64,000 bases of DNA from an uncultured Dehalococcoidia bacterium (GCA_964453665.1 CAYVQT010000006.1:1976-65975); one strand, 5' to 3'; positions 17,268-28,785 are shown, counted from the first letter of the stretch. The notes: generated from the letters alone by a model not told the origin. Numbers and translations are program-made.

Positions 17268-19709
17268 TCACCTCTCAGTCTGCACCCACAGCCTTTCGCC
17301 GTCGGTGATAAGCTCGATGGTCCCGTGCTCCGATGTGAGATACAGGTTATCATCTCCAACTACACCCACCAGCCTCTCAACCACATCTGCGCTGGGATGG
17401 CCGAACTCGTTTTCCGCTCCCACCGAGATAACCGCCACCTGAGGCTCAACCTCAGTGAGAAATTCAGCACAGCTTGAGGTAGCGGAACCGTGGTGGGGGA
17501 CTTTGAGCGCCACGCTACTAAGCATCGACCTGCTGTCGAGCAGACATTGCTCCGCCTCCTCGAAAATGTCCCCAGTAAGCAGCAGGCTGAAGTCGCCACA
17601 CACCAGTCTCACCACGACAGAGTTGTTGTTCGCATCGGAAGCCGTGCCCCGAAGCAGGTCTGCCCCGGGATTGAGCACCTCCAGATACACATCTTCAGCC
17701 AGCTCGACCCGCTGTCCGGCCCCGGCGACAGTACATGCGATGGCTCTCTCTTCAATTACCCTGAACCACTCCCCGCAGACCAGGGAACCGCATTCCTGCT
17801 CACTCAACAGGACCTGATTTACCTCATATCGCTGAATGACCTCAACCAGCCCTGTCAGGTGGTCCGCCTCATGGTGGGTAAGGATTACGAGTTCAATTGT
17901 ACGATCATAGAAAGGCAGCCTATCGCCAAGCTCAAGACATATGCTCTCCGCGTCAGGGCCGCCATCAATAAGTACCTGCTGGTGGCCTTTCTGAACAAGG
18001 ATGGCGTCGCCCTGCCCGACGTCGAAGAAAAAAACATGGAGCCGGTTATACGGAGCAGTGAACGCAGCAGTCCACACCAGCGCAGCCACGACAATAAGAG
18101 GGAAGATGACGAACCTGGCCGGCACCAGCCTGAAGTGTTCATATATCGAAAATATGCCCGCTTTTACCCTGCGCATTTTAGTTCCCAAACTTGACCGGTT
18201 GATTCCCATCCACAGTACCGCACCCAGGATAGCATAGTACACCCAGACAAAGGAAGAACCGACCTCCTTCAGTTCAACGGAGGCAAAGGGGAGGGACGAG
18301 AAGAATCCGGTCACCTCTATTATGTAGCTGATAAACAGCCAGGCGACCCACCCCAGAACCTGCGCCAGAGCCGGGGCAAAGAGCCCGATAAACGCAACAG
18401 CGGCCGCGGTGCCAATCGCGCCCGGCAGTGCGGGCAGGGCGAACAGGTTCGCGGGGAGAGCCACCAGAGAGACCTGATGGAAGTAGTAGGCGATGATGGG
18501 CATGATGGCAAGGACAGCGCCCAGTGTGAACGAAAGGCTATCGACAACAAAGCCCAACGCTGTTCTACGCCCCTCCGTGATGCCGCATGTTCTTCTGCTC
18601 CACGACTGTATGTGCGGGGTCAGGATTATGATCCCCGCCATAGCCGCAAAGCTCATCTGGAAGGATACATCATTCAAAATGGATGGGCTAAACCCTATCA
18701 TGATTGCGGCGGCAAAGAGCAGCCAGGGCAGGGCGCTGCGCGGTCTGCCGAGATAATAGGCAAGAAGCCACAGGCTGACCATGATGGCGGCACGTACCGC
18801 TGAGATCTGTGCCCCGCTGAGCAGGATATAGCCCCAGGTGGCCAGGAAGGGCAGCCAGAAGTAAAACGAGCGTCTTCTGCCGAAAACCGCCACAACGAGG
18901 CTGAACACGACTCCGCAGACGATAAAAATGTGTAGCCCGGAAATGGCGAGGATATGCGCCGTCCCCGCCTGTGAAAGTGAGGCCCTCAGTTCGTCGGGGA
19001 TTGTGCTGCGTTCGCCGAGGAGAACAGCCTGCGCCAGCGATGCCTGCGGTTCGTGGAGAGCGCTCTCCAGAGATTGGGACATCCTGTCCCTGAGCTGGTA
19101 AATCCACTCTTGAAACTTGAAGCCCTGCCCCGTTTCGAGAATCTCCACACGACCAGGATAGCTGATAAGCGAGTGTATACCCCGTCGGGCGAGGTAATCC
19201 CGCCAGTCGAAGTCCTCGAATTCGGGAGGGGTCTCCACCTCACCTTCGACCTGAAGCAGATCGCCGTATCGATAATAGGGTGAATCGCGCGATACCTGAG
19301 AAGGCAGAGAGTCGGGAGGAGATAACCCGGGCAGGTATACCAGGGCTGTCCCTGAGACCTCTCTCCATTCATCTCCTGCACTTATCTCCCGAGCCTCGAG
19401 GTGAAGAGCTACAAGGCCGTTTGTCGTTTCGGGGTCGGCATCTACCAGCCCCCTTATCTGCACCGTGCCCCCGTCGTTATAGAACCGGAGTGCGCTTTCA
19501 TCCACAGAAGGAACCGCTGCCTGGAAGCGAAAGAAGCCGCCCAGAAGAGCGGCGAGGCACAGCAGTAGAAGTATTACCCGGCCGCCGCGCAGGAGAATGC
19601 CGAGAAGCGCGACCCCCGCGATGACGGCGATGGCTACCCAGTAGGAGCCAGCCCACATACCCGAGTAAATCCCGACGATCCAGGACGAACTCAGGTAGAT
19701 GAGCTTCAT
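17268..19709 (-). CDS. comEC: ComEC/Rec2 DNA internalisation channel with a C-terminal metallo-beta-lactamase domain
   Basis: It is 813 aa with a multi-TM competence domain (TAHILAISGLHI). The C-terminal MBL motif is HHEADHLTG...VPHHGS. Confidence 0.9.
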   Translation of the reverse strand: MKLIYLSSSWIVGIYSGMWAGSYWVAIAVIAGVALLGILLRGGRVILLLLCLAALLGGFFRFQAAVPSVDESALRFYNDGGTVQIRGLVDADPETTNGLVALHLEAREISAGDEWREVSGTALVYLPGLSPPDSLPSQVSRDSPYYRYGDLLQVEGEVETPPEFEDFDWRDYLARRGIHSLISYPGRVEILETGQGFKFQEWIYQLRDRMSQSLESALHEPQASLAQAVLLGERSTIPDELRASLSQAGTAHILAISGLHIFIVCGVVFSLVVAVFGRRRSFYFWLPFLATWGYILLSGAQISAVRAAIMVSLWLLAYYLGRPRSALPWLLFAAAIMIGFSPSILNDVSFQMSFAAMAGIIILTPHIQSWSRRTCGITEGRRTALGFVVDSLSFTLGAVLAIMPIIAYYFHQVSLVALPANLFALPALPGAIGTAAAVAFIGLFAPALAQVLGWVAWLFISYIIEVTGFFSSLPFASVELKEVGSSFVWVYYAILGAVLWMGINRSSLGTKMRRVKAGIFSIYEHFRLVPARFVIFPLIVVAALVWTAAFTAPYNRLHVFFFDVGQGDAILVQKGHQQVLIDGGPDAESICLELGDRLPFYDRTIELVILTHHEADHLTGLVEVIQRYEVNQVLLSEQECGSLVCGEWFRVIEERAIACTVAGAGQRVELAEDVYLEVLNPGADLLRGTASDANNNSVVVRLVCGDFSLLLTGDIFEEAEQCLLDSRSMLSSVALKVPHHGSATSSCAEFLTEVEPQVAVISVGAENEFGHPSADVVERLVGVVGDDNLYLTSEHGTIELITDGERLWVQTER

Positions 19710-19731
19710 GCTTATCCCTCAGACGGAATTC

Positions 19732-19818
19732 GTCGCCACAGGCGTTTCGCCCTGAGGCTCTCTACGAGCCTGAGCCTCAGAGCAGAGGGCAAGCCCGAAG
19801 GGAGTGGCAACGCTACGT
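19732..19818 (-). repeat. 87-nt long palindromic repeat (class 4), copy A
   Basis: Its reverse complement matches 49385-49471 with 6 mismatches in 87 nt by my hand alignment. It has a GTAGCGTTGCCAC head, the inner stem CTGAGGCTC/GAGCCTCAG and the outer stem GTTGCCA/TGGCAAC. Confidence 0.75.
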
Positions 19819-19826
19819 TAGCGTGG

Positions 19827-20351
19827 TCAGCGCACGGTTATTTTATCCCTCAGGTTCTCGAGGGTCGCCGGGCCGATTCCATCCACTCTCGTCAGGTCGT
19901 CGATCTGCTGAAAAGGGCCGTTCTCGCCGCGATAGTCTATGATTCTCTGGGCGAGGACCTCACCGATTCCGGGCAGGGCCTCCAGCAACCACGCATCAGC
20001 GGTGTTGAGGTTGATCTTTTGAGGGACATCGCCTATTCCATAGACATGGATCCGGTTACTGTCTCTCAGAGAGGCAGCGAGATTGACCGTGCCCTGGTCC
20101 GCATAGGAGGTAAAGCCACCGGCAGCCTGGATAGCATCCTCGATGAGGCCGCCATCCGCCAGTGTGTAGACTCCCGGATTGGCTACCTCTCCCTCGACAT
20201 AGACAGTAATCTCAGACGATGGCGATGATATGACAACCTCGGTAGAGTGGGGCAAAGAGGTCAGGCGATAGAGCAGCACAGCCCCGCCAATAACGATAAT
20301 GATTACTAATATAACAATACTGTACGTGCGGTAACGCTTCAACCGGCTCAT
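19827..20351 (-). CDS. comEA: ComEA-family DNA receptor (SLBB plus helix-hairpin-helix)
   Basis: There is an N-terminal TM segment. INLNTADAWLLEALPGIGEVLAQRIIDYRGENGPFQQIDDLTRVDGIGPATLENL is the HhH region. Confidence 0.85.
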   Translation of the reverse strand: MSRLKRYRTYSIVILVIIIVIGGAVLLYRLTSLPHSTEVVISSPSSEITVYVEGEVANPGVYTLADGGLIEDAIQAAGGFTSYADQGTVNLAASLRDSNRIHVYGIGDVPQKINLNTADAWLLEALPGIGEVLAQRIIDYRGENGPFQQIDDLTRVDGIGPATLENLRDKITVR

Positions 20352-20433
20352 AGTCTATACCAGGGTTAATGCCCTATCACTCCCTCTTCATATTGATGCC
20401 CAACAAATCTGCCTCATCGCACTTTGCCTATTA

Positions 20434-21036
20434 TCATCTGTCAGATTCAGAGTCCCGCGAAGCCCCCGCATCCAGTCGAGACATCCTGAGCAGAAGTCCG
20501 AAAAGGCCGTCCTCAAGCTTCTGCCGCTCTTCGGCAACCTTCCTCAACTCACGCTTATTTTCAGTTGGCCGCCATATCTTATGCTCGCCCCGTGCGGGGC
20601 CCGCCGTAACGTCCAGCGTAACCCTGGCATCGCTGACTACATCCAGCACCTCACTCTGGACAGGGCTCTGTGCTTCCCCCCTGGTGCTGTAGGCCTCCCC
20701 TTCTACGCTTATCCTGGCAATTGTCCTCATGGTATACCGACTCTGTCTGATGAACTGTGTACCCAAATTTGTCAGCAGAATTGTGGGCAGCAGAAGAATG
20801 CCAAACCAGAGATAAGCCAAATCACGACGTGGGAAATCGCTCTTTCCCAGAAGCTCACTCTTGAATATAGCCATGCTGCCGATAGCGTCAGGCTCTGCTT
20901 TCAGCGGCTCGTACTCATGCACATAGCCCAGTTCATCCAGGAAATCGTGCAGAGCCCTGAACAGCTTCCGAGGGGAAGCTACCCTGACGTCCCATTTCCT
21001 CTGCGTTGAAGCGACCTCCGATTTAGACGAAGCCAA
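20434..21036 (-). CDS. Hypothetical protein with one central TM segment
   Basis: A TTG start sits 4 nt after GGAGGTG. AYLWFGILLLPTILLTNLG is hydrophobic. I recognise no family. Confidence 0.5.
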   Translation of the reverse strand: MASSKSEVASTQRKWDVRVASPRKLFRALHDFLDELGYVHEYEPLKAEPDAIGSMAIFKSELLGKSDFPRRDLAYLWFGILLLPTILLTNLGTQFIRQSRYTMRTIARISVEGEAYSTRGEAQSPVQSEVLDVVSDARVTLDVTAGPARGEHKIWRPTENKRELRKVAEERQKLEDGLFGLLLRMSRLDAGASRDSESDR

Positions 21037-21318
21037 TATTCACCTCCATCATGGTGCTGGAGTCCAATAGGTCAATAGTCGGCAATTACAGTAACACTTC
21101 TTGAGATATTCTATTGCGATGCATATACTATCACAAGAAGCCTTGTATCGAAAATACCGCAGCCATGTAAATCCTCAAGTCATTGCAGGACACTTCGAAG
21201 CATTAGTATAAAACTGAATATATGAACATCGAAAAGTAATCTATAGTCGATTTCGTGGTCCGTTCTGGTAATCTCACAACAGGTCGGGTTGCATTTCACC
21301 ACTTCTGCCCCGCTTCAC

Positions 21319-21348
21319 TTGATACCGAAGTCCAAAATATGATAAGAT
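21319..21348 (+). promoter_or_regulatory. Candidate promoter for the small + strand ORF
   Basis: TTGATA (21319-21324), an 18-nt spacer, then TAAGAT (21343-21348). Confidence 0.35.
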
Positions 21349-21370
21349 ACACAAGGCTTAGGAGTTTGTT

Positions 21371-21550
21371 TTGCGCTTAGTGAAGTTAATCAGTAAAAAA
21401 AACCTCTCGTGTTCCTACTGCTCTCAGCAGATCGATGCGGGAGAGGTGTATATCAACCTTAAGGGTACACCAAAAGAAACACAGGGGCTGTCGGGCCCGC
21501 TGCACTTCTCTTGCTTCACTCACTGGTTCAACCGCGTGCCTGCTAAATAG
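21371..21550 (+). CDS. Small (59 aa) Cys-containing protein, possibly zinc-ribbon-like. It is not in the ORF track and competes with antisense ORF 21386..21631.
   Basis: My translation is (M)RLVKLISKKNLSCSYCSQQIDAGEVYINLKGTPKETQGLSGPLHFSCFTHWFNRVPAK*. A TTG start sits 6 nt after AGGAG. A CxxC motif is present and a promoter-like site lies upstream. Confidence 0.3.
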   Translation: MRLVKLISKKNLSCSYCSQQIDAGEVYINLKGTPKETQGLSGPLHFSCFTHWFNRVPAK

Positions 21551-21825
21551 CTGACGAATGCACATACATGGCTGACCAGAGTAACCGTCAGGGCCAGCGG
21601 CAGCGATAGGATTGCCGTTTATCATCTTCACCTCGCCAATCAGTATCCAATCAGCCCAGGCATTTCAGGCCGGGACATCATGTACGGATACTTTTCCTTC
21701 TCATGAACTCAATTGTCGATGGTTTATACTATCCAACGAAAAATGCGAATTAGCATGCCTGAAACCGAACTCTAAATGAGTTTCAATGCAGACTGTCACG
21801 CGAAACGAGATTGCAGGAGGCACTC

Positions 21826-22131
21826 ATGGATAAGCGCATAATAGAAGAACTGACCAACGTCGACTACCTAAATTCGGAATTGAAAGATATCTTTCTTCAC
21901 AAACTTGAGGTGCTGGTTGGAACAGCTCAAGCATATGTAACAAACGAGTCCCCAATAGCAGGCAAGAAGCTTGCTGACCTGCTGAAAACCCTTGAGGAAG
22001 CAACAGAGGAGGCGGGTGCGGATAGACTCATAACAATACTTCCCCTACTTGTTGAACTGATGGCCGACTCACTCGTCGAGCTTATTGCCGATAATAACCG
22101 CCGCCTTCTGGAGCTGCTGGCCAAAGACTAG
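21826..22131 (+). CDS. Hypothetical 101-aa, probably all-helical acidic protein
   Basis: The ATG is preceded by GCAGGAGG. I recognise no family. Confidence 0.5.
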   Translation: MDKRIIEELTNVDYLNSELKDIFLHKLEVLVGTAQAYVTNESPIAGKKLADLLKTLEEATEEAGADRLITILPLLVELMADSLVELIADNNRRLLELLAKD

Positions 22132-22256
22132 ATAGCAGGAGAGCAGCGCACTTCCGGACCAGTTTTACCAGGCAAAATTCAGGGGTTATTCCGAACTTCT
22201 CTAAGCGGGCAACGCCGAGGCGCTCATAACTGTCATGTTACTAAACCTTCCGCCTC

Positions 22257-23078
22257 CTACGCCTTCAACTTCATAAGTTCCTTCCAGGTATTCCTCTCCA
22301 GGAAGCTTCCCGGCACACTCGCTTCCATCTCCTCAAACATCACTAAGGGGACAGCGAAGGTCATTAGATCGTCCTTGAGCTGGCGTTTTATCTGGACCCT
22401 TGCGGAGATATCAACCAGACCGACCACCGCTCTCGGCTTTTCCCTTCGAGCCTCACTGAAGGGATAGATGCCGATCGACTGGCAGCCGGCGGCATATGGA
22501 ATAATCACGCTCTCGTTGTCACCCCTACCGTAGTTGGCCAGTATGACCAGTGCCGAGAGCTGGTCGGCATCGGCGAGGAAGACTATAACCTCAGGCTTTT
22601 CCTTCTCCAGGTCGACATCCCTGAGCGGCTTGAACACGACATATTCGAACGGCACATCGACTATGGGCAGGCAGTCGACGAACTTCTTCACCAGCTCCGG
22701 GGTCTTTAAGTATCTCTCGCCGTGGACAAGGTCATCATAGAGTTCTTCACCAACGAACGGCTTTATCTGCTCGACCAGCTTCATGCCCGGCTCCCATTGC
22801 TCGTAGCCCACCGATAAAAAGTAACAGAACCCCTCCACTCCTCCGGGGAAGTTCAGGTACTGGTTTCCAAATCCGAGTCCGGTCCCGCCGCCGGGGCAGC
22901 CGAAGGTCCTGCGGTCAAACACGGCCGTGTTTCCGCGGACGGCTGTCGCCAGCATAGACATGACACAGCCGAACTTCCCTTCCTTGAACTGCTTCGCACC
23001 CCCGGGTCTTTCGTTCGTCAGCATTATAGCCACAGGCTCGTATTTAAGAGACAGTGCCTCAGTAATTGTGCTTTCCAT
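22257..23078 (-). CDS. DUF169-family protein
   Basis: LKYEPVAIMLTNERPGGAKQFKEGKFGCVMSMLATAV and the later GCPGGGTG are typical of DUF169. Confidence 0.7.
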   Translation of the reverse strand: MESTITEALSLKYEPVAIMLTNERPGGAKQFKEGKFGCVMSMLATAVRGNTAVFDRRTFGCPGGGTGLGFGNQYLNFPGGVEGFCYFLSVGYEQWEPGMKLVEQIKPFVGEELYDDLVHGERYLKTPELVKKFVDCLPIVDVPFEYVVFKPLRDVDLEKEKPEVIVFLADADQLSALVILANYGRGDNESVIIPYAAGCQSIGIYPFSEARREKPRAVVGLVDISARVQIKRQLKDDLMTFAVPLVMFEEMEASVPGSFLERNTWKELMKLKA

Positions 23079-23175
23079 TTTCTTACCCCCAGTACTGAAT
23101 CTTACATCAAGGCCTTCTAAATATATATATCGATAATCTGGCTAATCCCGGTGGAATTCCGCATGGCAATTTATG

Positions 23176-24651
23176 CTAGCTTTGACGTGCGATGCCGAGG
23201 TATTCACTGTACTCGACCAGGTGCCTGAGTGTTCTGACAGCCCTTTCCGGGATGGAGTAAAAATTAAGGTTGTTTTCCTTCAGCTTACTGTAGGCCCTGC
23301 CCCTCTTTGCAGCGCCGATAACCTGCGTGACGAAGAGGATGGGCTTTTGGTACTTCCTCATCAGCTCGATGGTCTTCTCCAGGTCCCGGACCTCCAAGTC
23401 CTCGATGGCTTTTTTCCGCTCCATCGCACCTTCCCTTGCCGAAGGAGGCAGCTTAATCCAATTAGGGAAGCTAGCGACCATTCCCACGCCGCCAATAATA
23501 ATAATGGCATCGATGTTCTTATCCTCCAGCATCGGCCAGAGAGCATGGTAACTGACGAGGTCACCGCCCGGATCTATCGGGTTGCCGCGAGACCATCTTA
23601 CCGACATAATCTTGTTCAATTTCTTCATGGTGACAGGCGAGAACGGCGGCATCTCCAGTCCTTCTCTCCTCACAACATCCGCGGCCATGACCGCCATGCC
23701 GCCACCCATCGCCAGCACTCCTACTCTTCTGCCACGCGGCAGAGGCTGGCCAAGCAACGCCACAGCTACATCGACCAGTTCGCTAAGCTCATCCACCCTG
23801 ATCACTCCACACTGCTTAAACGCCGCATCAAGAACCGCATCCGACCCTGCCAGGGAAGCTGTGTGCGACTTTGCCGCTCTCACTCCTGTATCGGTGCGCC
23901 CTGACTTCATGATGACTACGGGCTTCTTCCTGGTAATCTCTTTCGCCAGCTCAAAAAAGCGCCTGCTTTCCCTGAAACCCTCGACATATCCCAGAATTAC
24001 TTCCGTTTTGGCGTCATCAGCCAGATACTCCATATAATCTTCGAAGTGCAGGTCAGCTTCATTTCCGGTGCTGACAAACTTGCTGAAGCCGATGCCCATC
24101 TGCCCTCCGTAGTTAGTAACCGACTGGCTGGAGTTACCGCTCTGGGAGATGAAGGCTACATTCCCCTTTTTCATACCGGGCAGGAACCCGACAGTGCGAA
24201 CGTTGGTGTGTGTATCTATATGCCCCAGGCAATTAGGTCCGACGAGGCGCATCCCTCCCCGGCTGGCGATCCCGATGATCTCCTTCTCAAGCTTAGCCCC
24301 CTCCCCACCTATCTCCGCAAGCCCGCTGGTGATGACAATAGCAACCTTGACCCCTTTGCGGACACAGTCATGCATGACCTCAACAATGGCTTGAAAAGGC
24401 ACCGTTATCACGGCAAGGTCTACCGGCCCGGGAACGTCAGCTACACTTTTATAGGCCCTGAGGCCGAGTACTTCGGCCTCCTTTTTATTTATGGCGTAGA
24501 GAGGCCTTCCGCTTCTGCTCGCCTGCAGGCGAGCGAGTATAATGTAACCCCACTTGCCAAGCTGATTGGACGCGCCGATTACCGCCACCGAACGGGGATT
24601 AAAAAGATAATCCAGCTGCTCTTTGAGACTCATACCATGCACCATTCCCAT
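23176..24651 (-). CDS. ADP-forming acetyl-CoA synthetase (ACD) alpha-type / CoA-binding protein
   Basis: LFNPRSVAVIGASNQLGKWGYIIL is the CoA-binding part. ISQSGN and KSHTASLAGS form the succinyl-CoA-synthetase-like His loop. No ATP-grasp (beta) part is present in this ORF. Confidence 0.8.
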   Translation of the reverse strand: MGMVHGMSLKEQLDYLFNPRSVAVIGASNQLGKWGYIILARLQASRSGRPLYAINKKEAEVLGLRAYKSVADVPGPVDLAVITVPFQAIVEVMHDCVRKGVKVAIVITSGLAEIGGEGAKLEKEIIGIASRGGMRLVGPNCLGHIDTHTNVRTVGFLPGMKKGNVAFISQSGNSSQSVTNYGGQMGIGFSKFVSTGNEADLHFEDYMEYLADDAKTEVILGYVEGFRESRRFFELAKEITRKKPVVIMKSGRTDTGVRAAKSHTASLAGSDAVLDAAFKQCGVIRVDELSELVDVAVALLGQPLPRGRRVGVLAMGGGMAVMAADVVRREGLEMPPFSPVTMKKLNKIMSVRWSRGNPIDPGGDLVSYHALWPMLEDKNIDAIIIIGGVGMVASFPNWIKLPPSAREGAMERKKAIEDLEVRDLEKTIELMRKYQKPILFVTQVIGAAKRGRAYSKLKENNLNFYSIPERAVRTLRHLVEYSEYLGIARQS

Positions 24652-24679
24652 GTAGGGACACGGCGTGCCGTGCCCCTAC
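24652..24679. repeat. REP-like palindrome, class 1
   Basis: GTAGGGACACGGcgtgCCGTGCCCCTAC lies between the ACD start and the gap stop. Confidence 0.65.
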
Positions 24680-24700
24680 AATATATCCAACGTCCTTTAA

Positions 24701-25714
24701 TCAAAGGCCCTTGTTAGCGATATAAACCGCAAGGTCACCGATGCGGCAGCTGTAAGCCCACTCGTTGTCATACCAGCTAAGCACCTTGACCATGTTGCCG
24801 CCGATGACCATAGTGCCCATACCATCGACGATGGAGCTTGCGGGATTCTCCTTGAAGTCCACACTGACCAAAGGCTCCTCGCAGAACTCCAGAATCCCCT
24901 TCAATGAGCCCTCGGCAGCCGTGCGCAGGGCCTTGTTGACATCCTCAACCGTAACGTCCTTTTCCAGATCGGCTACAAAGTCAACCAGCGAAACTGTGGG
25001 GGTCGGCACCCTTAAGGCAAGCCCATGTATTTTGCCCTGTAACTCGGGGATAACCACAGTCACTGCTTTAGCAGCCCCGGTGGTGGTGGGAATGATGTTC
25101 AACGCCGCTGCCCGCGCGCGGCGCAGGTCGCTATGGACCGTGTCGAGTACCACCTGATCATTAGTATAGGAGTGTATCGTGTTCATCAATCCCTTACTCA
25201 CCCCAAAGCTATCGTGAAGAACCTTAACAACCGGAGCAATGCAGTTGGTGGTACAGGAGGCGTTGGAGATTATGCGATGCTTCGCCGGATCGTACCGTCC
25301 CTCGTTGACTCCGAGGACGATAGTGATATCCTCCTCCTTCGCCGGAGCAGTGATGAGTACCTTCTTGGCCCCTCCCTCGAGATGCCCGGCGGCTTTGGGC
25401 CCCGCCGTGAACAGGCCCGTAGACTCCACAACTATCTCGACGCCGAAATCCCGCCAGGGAATCTTGGACGGATCCCGCTCGGCTATGACCCTCACCTTCT
25501 TGCCATCGATGATTATCGAGTCCTCGGTAGCTTCCACTTTGCCCGGATAGCGTCCGTAGTTACTGTCGTACTTGAACAGGTGGGCGTTGGTCTCGGTGCT
25601 CGTCAGGTCGTTGACCACCACAACCTCCAGCTCATTGGGGTGCTGGTCGTTCATCGCCTTCAGTACCTGCCTGCCGATCCGGCCAAAACCATTGATTCCG
25701 ATCTTGGGCGCCAT
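24701..25714 (-). CDS. gap: Type I glyceraldehyde-3-phosphate dehydrogenase
   Basis: [17 protein letters not shown] and the SNASCTTNC active site are present. Confidence 0.95.
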   Translation of the reverse strand: MAPKIGINGFGRIGRQVLKAMNDQHPNELEVVVVNDLTSTETNAHLFKYDSNYGRYPGKVEATEDSIIIDGKKVRVIAERDPSKIPWRDFGVEIVVESTGLFTAGPKAAGHLEGGAKKVLITAPAKEEDITIVLGVNEGRYDPAKHRIISNASCTTNCIAPVVKVLHDSFGVSKGLMNTIHSYTNDQVVLDTVHSDLRRARAAALNIIPTTTGAAKAVTVVIPELQGKIHGLALRVPTPTVSLVDFVADLEKDVTVEDVNKALRTAAEGSLKGILEFCEEPLVSVDFKENPASSIVDGMGTMVIGGNMVKVLSWYDNEWAYSCRIGDLAVYIANKGL

Positions 25715-25753
25715 CTTAGTACCTCCTGTATTATTTATTTTTACGTACGCTGC

Positions 25754-26833
25754 TTACTTTCCAGCCCTGGCTGATGCTCCACTTGTCGCCGCCGACCGCC
25801 TTTTCAGCATGTCGATAAAAGCCTCAACCCTCGTTCTTAGGTGTTGATTGAGCACGAAGTCGTTGTTGCCCTCCAGAGTCAACACAGGCACGTCTATCGC
25901 ACTACGAAATACGATGTCTCCTATCCCCCGGTGACAAAATGCCTGGACATAATGGATAACGCCATCCACGCGCCTCCGTCGCAGCTGGCCGACGATATCA
26001 TCGACACGGCCGTATATGGAGTAAGGATATGTGTAGCTGTAGTACTGTTCGGCTAGAGAACGGCGAGGGTCGGGCATTGCAAACTGACGCTGCACCTCGT
26101 TGAAGACGACTCTGGCCCCATTACGCTCGATATACTGGTAAAGATCGCCGGGGAATACCGGGGGCACGCCGATAAATGCCAGCCGGAGGAGCTCATCGGG
26201 ATAGGGCTCCCGTTTTCCGGCTTCTTTCAGGAATTCGCCCAGACGGCGCTCGTATTCCATATAGTCTCCATTAAAATCCGAGGCAGTGACCAGTGACAGA
26301 TGATTCTCCAGGCCGCTCACAACCCCTTCCCTCCAGGTTAAATCATCAACCTTCAGGGCAAGCCGCCTTGCCTCATCCAGCTCTGTCCTCACCTCCTCTG
26401 CCCTTGCCAGAGTCGTACCCAGCCTCCCTGCCAGTGTCTCCAGCGCACGTTGCATCAGGCCGATATCGGGCTGATCGGGATAGGCAAAGGGTATGACCTC
26501 AAGCCCCCTCAGCTTGAGCACCTCCATTAGCATGACAGTATTGGAGCAGTCGCCGCTGGTGACACATAAGACAGTCTCGATGCCATGCTCCATACAAACT
26601 CCGTAGATACCCTTAATCCAGGTACAGCAGTTCTGAGGGAAACCGGCCCTCTCCGCGATATTCACCAGGTGTTCCCGGTCAGCGCTACTTATGAAAATGT
26701 TATTCAGGTCAAGAGGCGTATAGCCTGCCGCCATCAAGACCTCTATAGGGACAGTGGTGGTTATGCCGATTTTTTTAGCCACCTGGTTTGCCTCCTCCTC
26801 GCTTCCCCGCTCGCTGTGGATGTTATTATCCAC
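25754..26833 (-). CDS. 2-hydroxyacyl-CoA dehydratase / benzoyl-CoA reductase (BcrC/BadD/HgdB) family protein
   Basis: KKIGITTTVPIEVLMAAGYTPLDLNNIF...CCTWIKG...CVTSGDCSN...FCHRG shows family-typical Cys positions. It is 359 aa. Confidence 0.6.
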   Translation of the reverse strand: MDNNIHSERGSEEEANQVAKKIGITTTVPIEVLMAAGYTPLDLNNIFISSADREHLVNIAERAGFPQNCCTWIKGIYGVCMEHGIETVLCVTSGDCSNTVMLMEVLKLRGLEVIPFAYPDQPDIGLMQRALETLAGRLGTTLARAEEVRTELDEARRLALKVDDLTWREGVVSGLENHLSLVTASDFNGDYMEYERRLGEFLKEAGKREPYPDELLRLAFIGVPPVFPGDLYQYIERNGARVVFNEVQRQFAMPDPRRSLAEQYYSYTYPYSIYGRVDDIVGQLRRRRVDGVIHYVQAFCHRGIGDIVFRSAIDVPVLTLEGNNDFVLNQHLRTRVEAFIDMLKRRSAATSGASARAGK

Positions 26834-26869
26834 AGCCTTTATGCTACCCCTTTGTACAGGGGGAATTAC

Positions 26870-28637
<1,768 letters not shown>

Positions 28638-28654
28638 TTACTCTCCTTTAAAGT

Positions 28655-28691
28655 AAAACTAAAATAGCCCAGAGGATAAATCAACTGGGCT
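28655..28691 (-). terminator. Rho-independent terminator downstream of xerD
   Basis: On the minus strand, AGCCCAGttgatttatccTCTGGGCT is followed by ATTTTAGTTTT. Confidence 0.55.
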
Positions 28692-28785
28692 TGCCAAATC
28701 GCTATTATTCGATCAATCTTTTAGCCGCTATATCGCGGACTGATGTCGACACTTTGATCTCAGTGCTTTTGCTCACCTGAAGAAT

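Noticed and set aside
21386-21631. 81-aa minus-strand ORF
   Set aside because: It has no RBS or promoter support that I could see and an odd composition. The overlapping + strand small ORF has both a promoter and an RBS. It is kept only as an alternative.
23173-24717. Long + strand ORFs (23173..23904, 23582..24037, 24046..24717) opposite the ACD gene
   Set aside because: The minus strand encodes a full-length, motif-rich CoA ligase. The + strand products are Arg/Pro/Ser-rich antisense artefacts typical of GC-rich DNA. The same reasoning applies to 17490..18194, 25133..25774, 26585..27250, 32839..33492, 34915..35571, 45511..46119, 48428..49123, 51631..52266, 56297..56740 and 62106..62903.
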